A stretch of DNA of 27,966 nt from a virus. Its lineage: Duplodnaviria; Caudoviricetes. The notes beneath the pieces were generated by a model. That model was not told the DNA's origin and did no database searches. It saw only the letters and a program-made list of their open reading frames with translations. The number at the start of each line of letters is the position of its first letter. Position 1 is the stretch's first letter. Of this stretch, positions 1 to 6,170 are shown one piece after another. The translations under genes were made by a program, and so were the position numbers. The stretch spans positions 1 through 27,966 of IMG/VR virus record IMGVR_UViG_3300033067_000858, one strand, 5' to 3'.

Positions 1-4
1 TGGG

Positions 5-74
5 GCCTAACACTTCGCTCAAGGGCGACAGTCGCCGGAGTACCGTCGCCTGCGCCTTAGCTCAAGCGTTAGGC
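5..74 (+). repeat. attC site 1 (70 bp)
   Basis: GCCTAAC(5-11)...CTCAAGG/CCTTAG L boxes with extra C...GTTAGGC(68-74). Confidence 0.88.
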
Positions 75-305
75 CCCGCAATACCGCAGTGAGTCATTCC
101 ACGCGGCCCATCTGTCGTGGCACGGCTTGCACACGCACTTGTAGCCACCTTCGCTATCGCCTTCGGCCGCCGGGCCGCAGTACCACGGCACCGCGTACCG
201 GTGGCGCGTCGGCTCATCGCACATGGCGCAGTCCACAACATCGAAGTCCCACAGGTGCACGGTCAGCACCTTGTTGCCTTCACTGTCCACGTAGTCGGTT
301 CGCAT
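69..305 (-). CDS. Cassette-borne small Cys-rich (CxxC) hypothetical protein
   Basis: 78 aa, AAGGAAAG-like RBS upstream, CAMC and CKPC motifs; TAA stop lies in R' of attC1. Confidence 0.75.
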   Translation of the reverse strand: MRTDYVDSEGNKVLTVHLWDFDVVDCAMCDEPTRHRYAVPWYCGPAAEGDSEGGYKCVCKPCHDRWAAWNDSLRYCGA

Positions 306-326
306 CTTTCTTTCCTTCGCAGCGGG

Positions 327-386
327 GCCTAACCTGTCGTTCCAGCCGACCCGCCTTCGGCGGGCGGCTGAACTCCGACGTTAGGC
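327..386 (+). repeat. attC site 2 (60 bp, classic 59-be size)
   Basis: GCCTAAC ctgtc GTTCCAGCCG a CCCGC cttcg GCGGG CGGCTGAAC tccgac GTTAGGC; extra C and A on left arm. Confidence 0.92.
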
Positions 387-776
387 AGCATGAAAACGCT
401 CATGCGTCGTCTGCGGCATTTTGGGCACCGGCAGCAGCTTGCCGCTGGGCGTCCGCCACTTCCACGCCATGCCTACGGCCAGCCGATGCACGCCCATCGG
501 ATACCGTCCGTTGTGGGCGTGCTCGCGGATGTCTTCCTCCACGCCGCCAAACAGCCATCCGCCGCACTCGGCGCCCAGCCACTGCCGGGCCACCATGCAG
601 TGCGCGCAAGTGCGGTGCGTCGCAAGCCTGCCTTCCCAGATGTAGCGGTCAACGTGGTAGCGCTCGCCTGGCTCAATGACCCGCGCGCACTCTCTGCACT
701 TGTGGGCCTTGCGCGCCTTCGGGGTCGCCTCCGAAAGCATCGTCACCTGTCCGTCTGCGTAGTCGAGCATGCACAT
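381..776 (-). CDS. Cassette-borne zinc-finger-like phage protein
   Basis: ATG at 776 with GAGGAG RBS inside attC3; KARKAHKCREC...RTCAHC; TAA stop in R' of attC2. Confidence 0.8.
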   Translation of the reverse strand: MCMLDYADGQVTMLSEATPKARKAHKCRECARVIEPGERYHVDRYIWEGRLATHRTCAHCMVARQWLGAECGGWLFGGVEEDIREHAHNGRYPMGVHRLAVGMAWKWRTPSGKLLPVPKMPQTTHERFHAA

Positions 777-779
777 GCT

Positions 780-881
780 GCCTAACTCCTCGCTCAAGCG
801 GAGCAGCCACGGCGGGCAGCTCCAGTGTGTTACTCGGGCTTGGGCAGCGCCGTGTCTGCCCGCTTAGCTCGAACGTTAGGC
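780..881 (+). repeat. attC site 3 (102 bp)
   Basis: GCCTAAC tcctc GCTCAAGCGG a...CCGCTTAGC tcgaac GTTAGGC; paired arms CACGGCG/CGCCGTG. Confidence 0.92.
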
Positions 882-1093
882 GTCTTCAGGTACTCGGCCC
901 GCCCGTTCCACATCGAGCGGGCACGGGCAATCGTCGGCGCTGCGCCCATCTCGCCATACACGCTCGGGCCATCGGCGCCGCAGTGCGTGCAGTGGATGTG
1001 CGCGATGTGCCCTGCATCGAACGTGTCCCACAGTTCTATCAGCCGGTCATCGCCTTCGGTCAAGCAAAACGGGCAGGGCTTCAGCGGGTTCAT
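830..1093 (-). CDS. Lar-family restriction-alleviation-like zinc-ribbon protein
   Basis: MNPLKPCPFC...HCTHCGADGP...ARSMWNGR pattern; ATGA overlap with upstream gene; C-terminus reads into attC3. Confidence 0.7.
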   Translation of the reverse strand: MNPLKPCPFCLTEGDDRLIELWDTFDAGHIAHIHCTHCGADGPSVYGEMGAAPTIARARSMWNGRAEYLKTPNVRAKRADTALPKPE

Positions 1094-1335
1094 TCGTCGT
1101 CCGTCCAGTAACTCAGGTTCTCGGCCGCAGCCGCCTCGGGCGATGTGGTGAGCCAATCAGGGAACTGGTCGCCGTCGTCTTCGGGCCAGGTCTGCAACTC
1201 GCTGTCCGCCACCCCATCGCAGGCGTCGGCCAGCCGCCGCAGTTCGTCGCGGAATCGGCGCTCCCATTCGGCGCGCGGTATGCCGTGCTCGGGCAGCGTC
1301 AGCATCTGCCGCATTTCGTCCCACTTTGCTTCCAT
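1090..1335 (-). CDS. Hypothetical acidic protein
   Basis: AAGGAG RBS before ATG at 1335 (MEAKWDEM...); coupled to the next gene. Confidence 0.7.
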   Translation of the reverse strand: MEAKWDEMRQMLTLPEHGIPRAEWERRFRDELRRLADACDGVADSELQTWPEDDGDQFPDWLTTSPEAAAAENLSYWTDDE

Positions 1336-1364
1336 GCTCACTCCTTCTCGCTTCGGATACAGCC

Positions 1365-1427
1365 GCCCAACCCGCCAGTCAAGCGGACTGGCCCTGGCGG
1401 GCCAGCCGCTTACCGGCAACGTTGGGC
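1365..1427 (+). repeat. attC site 4 (63 bp)
   Basis: GCCCAAC ccgcca GTCAAGCGG a CTGGCCC tggc GGGCCAG CCGCTTAC cggcaac GTTGGGC. Confidence 0.9.
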
Positions 1428-1434
1428 GGCTCGC

Positions 1435-1788
1435 TCACTGCTCCTCTCCAAACAGGTCGGCCGTGTGCGTGCACCTCGGATGCGGCACAGTCTCCCCCAC
1501 GGGCACGAACTGCGTGCAGCACGGCTGGCCGTCAGCGCCAATGCGCCACTCTGGCAACGGTTCGTCTGTGCGGAACGAGCGGCCGAGAATCTCGCACCAG
1601 TCATCTTCCGTGCCGCCGCTGGCGCAGTCTGCGGCAGTACCGTTTAGCACCTTGTCGCGGGCGCAGTGCTCGCACCAAGCGGCCATGAAGAACTCGCCCT
1701 CTGTGCCGTTGCATGGCCGGTAGGCATCGCCTGGCGTGCGCTCCATGAACCGCACGCGCGGCAGCTTGGTTTCCTTATGCTTCATCAC
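1435..1788 (-). CDS. Cys-rich phage hypothetical protein
   Basis: 117 aa; YRPCNGTEGEFF..WCEHC..C..C..CCTQF; stop just outside attC4. Confidence 0.75.
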   Translation of the reverse strand: MMKHKETKLPRVRFMERTPGDAYRPCNGTEGEFFMAAWCEHCARDKVLNGTAADCASGGTEDDWCEILGRSFRTDEPLPEWRIGADGQPCCTQFVPVGETVPHPRCTHTADLFGEEQ

Positions 1789-2411
1789 GCGCCCCTTTCA
1801 GCTCGAACGTTAGGCATCACGGGCTCTTGCTGCACCGCCAATACAGCCTGCTCCGGGCTCGTGAGCACCAATAACGGCAGACTGAGCGCCTGCGCCATCT
1901 CGGCGCACGCGATTTGCTCCTTGCGCAACTTGCGTCGGCTTGGCGGTTTGTCGCCGTCCTTGACCTCAGCAAGCATCCACATGCCGCCGTATCCGATGAT
2001 CAGGTCCACAGGCTGGCGGATGACGTAGACCAAGCACCCGATGCGCTCCAGCGCCTCTATCACTGCGGCTTGGTTCGCGTCGTTGCGTGCTGCGCGGCGG
2101 TAGATGCTCATTGCGTCATGGGCGCCGTCTCGTGCGCCAACTTGATCCGCTCGTGCCACGCCAACACCCGCGCATGCGCCTCCTTCGGCGTCTCGCGAGC
2201 GGCACTCCCCAATCATCCTGTCGATGGCCTCGCGGAGAGTCGGCCACTCTTCGGGATCAATGCGCACTTCTTGCTCGCCTTTGTCTGGGCATTGGCGCAC
2301 GACCACGAACTCGCCACCGGCTTCATCGTCAATCTCTACCTGCGTTGCGCGCTCGCCGTAAATCTTTGAAAACTGCGGAAGCACAACGAGCCTAGTCACG
2401 CGAGTCTCCAT
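1785..2411 (-). CDS. PD-(D/E)xK nuclease (VRR-NUC/resolvase-like) in frame with an N-terminal hypothetical domain
   Basis: From ATG 2111: RAARNDANQAAVIEAL...PVDLIIGY...LAEVKDG; frame open up to ATG 2411, which overlaps the upstream TGA. Confidence 0.75.
   Translation of the reverse strand: METRVTRLVVLPQFSKIYGERATQVEIDDEAGGEFVVVRQCPDKGEQEVRIDPEEWPTLREAIDRMIGECRSRDAEGGACAGVGVARADQVGARDGAHDAMSIYRRAARNDANQAAVIEALERIGCLVYVIRQPVDLIIGYGGMWMLAEVKDGDKPPSRRKLRKEQIACAEMAQALSLPLLVLTSPEQAVLAVQQEPVMPNVRAERGA
1793..1815 (+). repeat. attC right half-site (degenerate, site 5)
   Basis: AGCTCGAACGTTAGGC identical to right ends of attC3 and attC7; no matching left arm seen. Confidence 0.65.
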
Positions 2412-2644
2412 CACGCCACCCTCCGCAGCGCCACAGCAGGCGCGAAACCAGGGCACCACCCACCACCGGCCACCGAGCAACGGAGCTTGCGGCAGTAGTG
2501 GTCCTTCTTCACGTAGTCAGTCCCTGTTGCCGTCGTCGTCCACATCCCGCTGTGCGTGCACTTGCGGCACCCGTCGCGCTGGCCGGGGGACTGATAGCCT
2601 GCAGCCTCAAGGCGGATCTCGTGAACCACAGATCGGCGCGTCAT
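2411..2644 (-). CDS. Small Cys-rich hypothetical protein
   Basis: 77 aa, CRKC...YC...WC; start/stop overlaps at both ends. Confidence 0.65.
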   Translation of the reverse strand: MTRRSVVHEIRLEAAGYQSPGQRDGCRKCTHSGMWTTTATGTDYVKKDHYCRKLRCSVAGGGWCPGFAPAVALRRVA

Positions 2645-2883
2645 GTCTTCCCCAGCTCAAACACCGACCGCGCCGCTTTGGCTGGCTCGCTTGGCACCCA
2701 CCTTGAGTGCCGGCCGATCCCTGTAGGCTTGGCCTTGCCGAACTTGCGCAGCTCGTCCACGTACACAGACACAGTGCCAGGCTTGATGCCCATCTTCTGC
2801 GCAATCTCCCCGCGGCTGATGCCTCGCGGGTTTGCCCGGATCAGCTCTAGGCACTGGTCTACTCGGTTCATGCGGGATGCCAC
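2641..2883 (-). CDS. Winged helix-turn-helix DNA-binding protein
   Basis: GISRGEIAQKMGIKPGTVSVYVDELRK HTH pattern. Confidence 0.75.
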   Translation of the reverse strand: MASRMNRVDQCLELIRANPRGISRGEIAQKMGIKPGTVSVYVDELRKFGKAKPTGIGRHSRWVPSEPAKAARSVFELGKT

Positions 2884-3056
2884 TCGATAGCGATTGGGTT
2901 GCGGTTTTTGCTGGGCCGCACTCCCCAGATGATCTGCACGCGCGCCAGGCCTCGTGCCTCCATGCGCACGAGTTCTGCGTACACATCCTCATGCGCGCGC
3001 CCGGTGGCCTCGATGATCTCGGCCGCTGTCGCTGGGAGTAGGTCTGCGATGGTCAT
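2868..3056 (-). CDS. Small HTH-like protein
   Basis: PATAAEIIEATGRAHEDVYAELVRMEARGL wHTH-like pattern. Confidence 0.6.
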   Translation of the reverse strand: MTIADLLPATAAEIIEATGRAHEDVYAELVRMEARGLARVQIIWGVRPSKNRNPIAIEWHPA

Positions 3057-3090
3057 GGCTCTAGGTTATCGCCTCTGCGCCGGATGTGGG

Positions 3091-3105
3091 TAGGTGTTTT
3101 CCCTA
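3091..3105 (-). promoter_or_regulatory. 15-bp motif copy 1 (TAGGGAAAACACCTA)
   Basis: Imperfect palindrome about 35 bp upstream of ATG 3056. Confidence 0.6.
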
Positions 3106-3110
3106 CCTTT

Positions 3111-3164
3111 GCCTAACTTGCGATCAAGCTGACGCCTTCGGCGCAGCTTATCCGCGTGTTGGGC
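3111..3164 (+). repeat. attC site 6 (54 bp)
   Basis: GCCTAAC ttgc GATCAAGCTG a CGC cttcg GCG CAGCTTATC cgcgt GTTGGGC. Confidence 0.85.
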
Positions 3165-3165
3165 G

Positions 3166-3477
3166 TCATTCGTCACTCGGCAGGCTGCGCCATGTGGGGC
3201 GGCGCTTGTAGCCGTGCCGGGTCAGCATCTGGCTCCGCGTTGCTGGCATGAACACGCAACCGGGCTCAGCCGGCATGGCGTGCTTCCCTCCCCACGGGCC
3301 GCTGCTTTGGCAGTGCGGCCAGTCGCGCACCTTCCACGCGCGGCAGTTGAAGCAGCATCGCAACTCGGCAGGCGGGAAGGCTGCGCGCTCCGGCTCCAGC
3401 CGCCCAACCCCTCGCTCAACCGGAGCCCCAACAGCGGGCATCTGGTCGGCGTCTGTCTGTGCGTTGTCGTTACTCAT
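3166..3477 (-). CDS. Cassette-borne Cys-rich protein whose N-terminus is encoded by attC7
   Basis: GAGGA RBS and ATG 3477 lie in the attC7 loop; MPAVGAPVERGVGR is the translated attC arm; CCFNC motif. Confidence 0.7.
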   Translation of the reverse strand: MSNDNAQTDADQMPAVGAPVERGVGRLEPERAAFPPAELRCCFNCRAWKVRDWPHCQSSGPWGGKHAMPAEPGCVFMPATRSQMLTRHGYKRRPTWRSLPSDE

Positions 3478-3521
3478 GCGGTCCTCGCGCTGTTGTGTCC
3501 CGGTTAGCTCGAACGTTAGGC
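3402..3521 (+). repeat. attC site 7 (120 bp)
   Basis: GCCCAAC ccctc GCTCAACCGG a...CAACAGCG/CGCTGTTG...CCGGTTAGC tcgaac GTTAGGC. Confidence 0.9.
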
Positions 3522-3522
3522 A

Positions 3523-3864
3523 TCACCCAACGCTCCTAAGCCGCTGCCTCAGCTCTCGCATCTTGCGCGCCTCCTCCTCGGTAGGCCCGCGCGTCACCTG
3601 CGTTCGCAAGCGCTCCAGCTCGCCTGTGCCTCGCGCCTGCCGGTGTATTTCCTTGTCCTTCAGAGGCCAGACATCGCGCCAGCACTTCATCGTGCTTTGG
3701 TCTAGGGATGCGTTCGGGTCGTGCCCGGCATCCTTGATCCTCTGCAATTCAAACAGGATCAGCGTCGCAGCTCTCACGGTCAGCGGGGCCTTGATCTTCT
3801 TGCGCATCTCCACGAAGCCGGCCCAGGCCTCGGGGTCTATGTATGCGGGGAGGGGGAAACTCAT
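3523..3864 (-). CDS. Phage replication-protein C-terminal-like protein
   Basis: LPAYIDPEAWAGFVEMRKKIKAPLT...LDQSTMKCWRDVW resembles C-terminal domains of phage replication initiators. Confidence 0.6.
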   Translation of the reverse strand: MSFPLPAYIDPEAWAGFVEMRKKIKAPLTVRAATLILFELQRIKDAGHDPNASLDQSTMKCWRDVWPLKDKEIHRQARGTGELERLRTQVTRGPTEEEARKMRELRQRLRSVG

Positions 3865-4139
3865 GTGCGCCCCTTCGGCCTCATGTCGTAGCACGCCCAT
3901 TCTCCGTTGCGTTTGACGTAAACCATATCTGGCTCGCCCGCAACGAACGTCGAAACCTGCTTGACGTCCTCATCCAATGCTTCCGCAATCCTAACGGCGC
4001 CTCGCATATCGGTGCAATTGTCATCGGGCAGGAACATCGCGATAACGCCCGGCTCACCGAAGCAAATACGCTCCCAGCAGCATTGCAAAACAGGGCTCCG
4101 TCTGAAGTTATCCACAGGCTCGAATTCCTTTCTTGCCAT
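3861..4139 (-). CDS. Hypothetical protein
   Basis: ATG 4139 (MARKEF...), ATGA overlap with downstream gene. Confidence 0.6.
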   Translation of the reverse strand: MARKEFEPVDNFRRSPVLQCCWERICFGEPGVIAMFLPDDNCTDMRGAVRIAEALDEDVKQVSTFVAGEPDMVYVKRNGEWACYDMRPKGRT

Positions 4140-4470
4140 AGATTCTGCAAGGGTGATCGCTACGGATCGGCCCTCGCCCGGGGGATGCTTTGGGCTGTGT
4201 CTACGCGGACTCAATTTATTGACCACCGCGCGCGGTACCGGCTGACCGGGTTTGAGAGACACAGCCCAAAGAACCCTCCCCAGCGCACCCAGGAGGCAGC
4301 GATTCAATCGGCGGGGCGTTGCTATCACCACTCGGCCCCCGCTTGCCCGGCTCCCTCGCTGACAGGGCCGGCCGGTCGCGCAGGGTGAACCGCGCGCCGG
4401 GTGTGTACTCTTCCGTTCAGCCCATACAGGCCCAGCTCTATCGCGCGGAGTGCGGTCACCAGACGAACGA

Positions 4471-4546
4471 AGGCCCCGGGTCTCCGTTCCCCCACTGCTG
4501 CCACAGTGGTCCGCACTTAAGCGGGCGAAACGGAAGCCCGGGGCCT
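4471..4546 (-). ncRNA. c4-like antisense RNA (three-way junction)
   Basis: 10-bp closing stem 4471-4480/4537-4546, inner stems 4492-4509 and 4511-4524; loop sequence complementary to 4561-4568. Confidence 0.6.
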
Positions 4547-4580
4547 CTGATTCTTCCATCGTGGCAGCGATGACGCCACA

Positions 4581-4610
4581 ATTATGTGGCCTACCGCACG
4601 GACTCGTCAA
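4581..4610 (-). promoter_or_regulatory. Sigma70-like promoter
   Basis: TTGACG-18 nt-CATAAT on minus strand; -10 sits inside palindrome GCCACA-atta-TGTGGC. Confidence 0.65.
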
Positions 4611-4675
4611 GTGACGAATCACACACTGCGGCGGGGCGATGCTTGGCCGCGAGGGGATGGAGGGGCAAAAAAAGA

Positions 4676-4945
4676 TCACCGATGGCTCTCCGGTTGCTTT
4701 GCCCACCACGTGCGCAACTCTCCTGGCTCGTACCACGTGTTGGACGTGTCGAGACGCTTCGTCTTCATATGCGATTGAGGGCCGCCTCGAAGATATATAT
4801 AACGTGCCAGTGCCTTGGGCGTGATGCCAAATTCATCTGCCATTTCTCGAAGCGTGCGCAGCGGCTTTCGGCCGCGCCCCTTGTAGTCCAACATGCGCAC
4901 GTTGGTTAGCTGCATGCCATTGCCGCGCCTAGCGTAGGTGCTCAC
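4676..4945 (-). CDS. HTH DNA-binding protein (excisionase/AlpA-like)
   Basis: LRTLREMADEFGITPKALARYI...WYEPGELRTWW; GTG start overlaps upstream TGA. Confidence 0.6.
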   Translation of the reverse strand: MSTYARRGNGMQLTNVRMLDYKGRGRKPLRTLREMADEFGITPKALARYIYLRGGPQSHMKTKRLDTSNTWYEPGELRTWWAKQPESHR

Positions 4946-5331
4946 TGCCGCCACTCCGCCGCCACCGTCAGCGGCTGCGTGCGCTGCATCGGGACCGCAA
5001 TCACCCGGCCGCCGAACCCGCCCCCGAAGCTGTAGGAAACGGCGGCGTACACCGTGGGCCACTTGCTCGAGGGGTCCGTGCTGTACCCGTGCTTGGTGTT
5101 CGGGTAGCCCGTCACCAGGCCAGCAGACACAGACCACGGGCCCGAGAGCCGGTAGGTGTAGCCGAGCTGCACCGATGTCCGCTCGAGCGTGTTCCGGTAG
5201 ACGCCAGCGGTCAGGCCGGACTCCGTGACGACGTACACGCCGGGAGTCGCCAAGGTGCGCCGGGCGCCTTCGTTCATGTCGCCCAGGTGCGTGGACACGA
5301 GGAAAACGCCGATGACGGCTAGGTCAAGCAT
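4942..5331 (-). CDS. Small outer-membrane beta-barrel protein, PagP-like
   Basis: Hydrophobic N-terminus, PGVY...AGVYRNTLERTSVQLGY...AGLVTGY, alternating strands, aromatic near the C-terminus. Confidence 0.55.
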   Translation of the reverse strand: MLDLAVIGVFLVSTHLGDMNEGARRTLATPGVYVVTESGLTAGVYRNTLERTSVQLGYTYRLSGPWSVSAGLVTGYPNTKHGYSTDPSSKWPTVYAAVSYSFGGGFGGRVIAVPMQRTQPLTVAAEWRQ

Positions 5332-5524
5332 CGCCGGCCTCCAGTTGAATCTGCACCTCCTCGGCCATGCCGTAGCTGACGTGGCCGGCCGGCTTGTACG
5401 TGACAAGCGCCGACATCTTCTCCCCGCCCTTCGCCACGGCTCCGAGAAGCAGCTTCTCCCACTGGTCTTCAGGCGTCAGGAACAGGCGGCACATGCCGTT
5501 TTTGAACTCAGCGACAACCTTCAT
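5324..5524 (-). CDS. Hypothetical protein
   Basis: 66 aa, GAGG RBS, overlaps neighbours. Confidence 0.65.
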   Translation of the reverse strand: MKVVAEFKNGMCRLFLTPEDQWEKLLLGAVAKGGEKMSALVTYKPAGHVSYGMAEEVQIQLEAGDA

Positions 5525-5682
5525 TGCTTCCTCTCACGGTAGTTCAGACACACCCACCGCCCGCCCTGCTCAACCCGTATCTCAGGGATGATCGGCACCA
5601 CAGTCCGCGGCCCGGTCACAGGCAGCAGCCGCGCGCACTTGGCGCATTCTGGGAAGAGGTGGAGGCGTCCGGTGCAGTCCAT
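5521..5682 (-). CDS. Small Cys-containing protein (53 aa, not in ORF track)
   Basis: Manual translation MDCTGRLHLFPECAKC...CLNYRERKQ; ATGA overlap at 5521-5524. Confidence 0.55.
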   Translation of the reverse strand: MDCTGRLHLFPECAKCARLLPVTGPRTVVPIIPEIRVEQGGRWVCLNYRERKQ

Positions 5683-5719
5683 GGCCGCTAGTGTCGCAAA
5701 GCGTTAGCGCGTTGTCACC

Positions 5720-5734
5720 TAGGGAAAACCACTA
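5720..5734 (+). promoter_or_regulatory. 15-bp motif copy 2 (TAGGGAAAACCACTA)
   Basis: In the divergent intergenic gap, about 37 bp upstream of ATG 5771. Confidence 0.6.
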
Positions 5735-5770
5735 GGCGCAGCGGGCGCTTGGTGGGTGATGATGCGAACG

Positions 5771-5959
5771 ATGGACAAAGACCAATCAGACCGCATCCGC
5801 GCGGAAGCGCAGTTCACCGCCGGCTATCTCGTGTGGCTCGCAGACAAGCTGCACACGCGAGATGCCAACATCTGCGCGGCAGCGGCCGAGGCGCTGCGCT
5901 GGGTGGCAGAGGGGGTTAGGGTAAGTCCCTATAGCCAATCGGACGACGATGGTCGATGA
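5771..5959 (+). CDS. Hypothetical protein
   Basis: First ORF of the rightward block; start uncertain (5756-5771). Confidence 0.5.
   Translation: MDKDQSDRIRAEAQFTAGYLVWLADKLHTRDANICAAAAEALRWVAEGVRVSPYSQSDDDGR
5917..5931 (+). promoter_or_regulatory. 15-bp motif copy 3 (TAGGGTAAGTCCCTA)
   Basis: About 36 bp upstream of ATG 5967. Confidence 0.55.
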
Positions 5960-5966
5960 TTCACCC

Positions 5967-6170
5967 ATGAACATGCACACCGCCTACCAGATCGCCACTT
6001 GCGATCACCTGCCGCCCCCGCACAAGGGCTGGGGGCACGCATCCGAAGACGAGTTGCGCGCGCTGCAAGATGCCGCCCGCGCTTATGACGCAACGGGCAG
6101 CGTCATGCCCGAGGGAGGGTTGACGCGCGCCGAGGAGTGGGCACTCGAATTTGCGGGGTGGGGCCAATGA
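5967..6170 (+). CDS. Hypothetical protein
   Basis: ATGA-coupled to the next ORF. Confidence 0.6.
   Translation: MNMHTAYQIATCDHLPPPHKGWGHASEDELRALQDAARAYDATGSVMPEGGLTRAEEWALEFAGWGQ

Larger units (their letters stand above)
5..3521 (+). mobile_element. Integron-like gene cassette array (attC cluster, no integrase in window) embedded in the phage early region
   Basis: Six co-oriented full attC sites plus one half site separating short ORFs. Confidence 0.85.

Noticed and set aside
5-3521. Repeated hairpins as CRISPR array, REP elements or terminators
   Set aside because: Units differ in length and loop sequence, are separated by whole genes, lack U-tracts and show attC R/L boxes with bulged bases.
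3525-3545. ACCCAAC after attC7 as the start of another attC
   Set aside because: No complementary right arm seen; it is the end of the replication-like ORF.
4471-4546. tRNA
   Set aside because: Only two inner hairpins, no TTC T-loop or anticodon arm; better fits a c4-like RNA.
3861-4736. 291-aa ORF as a single gene
   Set aside because: The upstream two-thirds crosses a promoter and RNA structure and has non-protein-like composition; only 3861-4139 is accepted.
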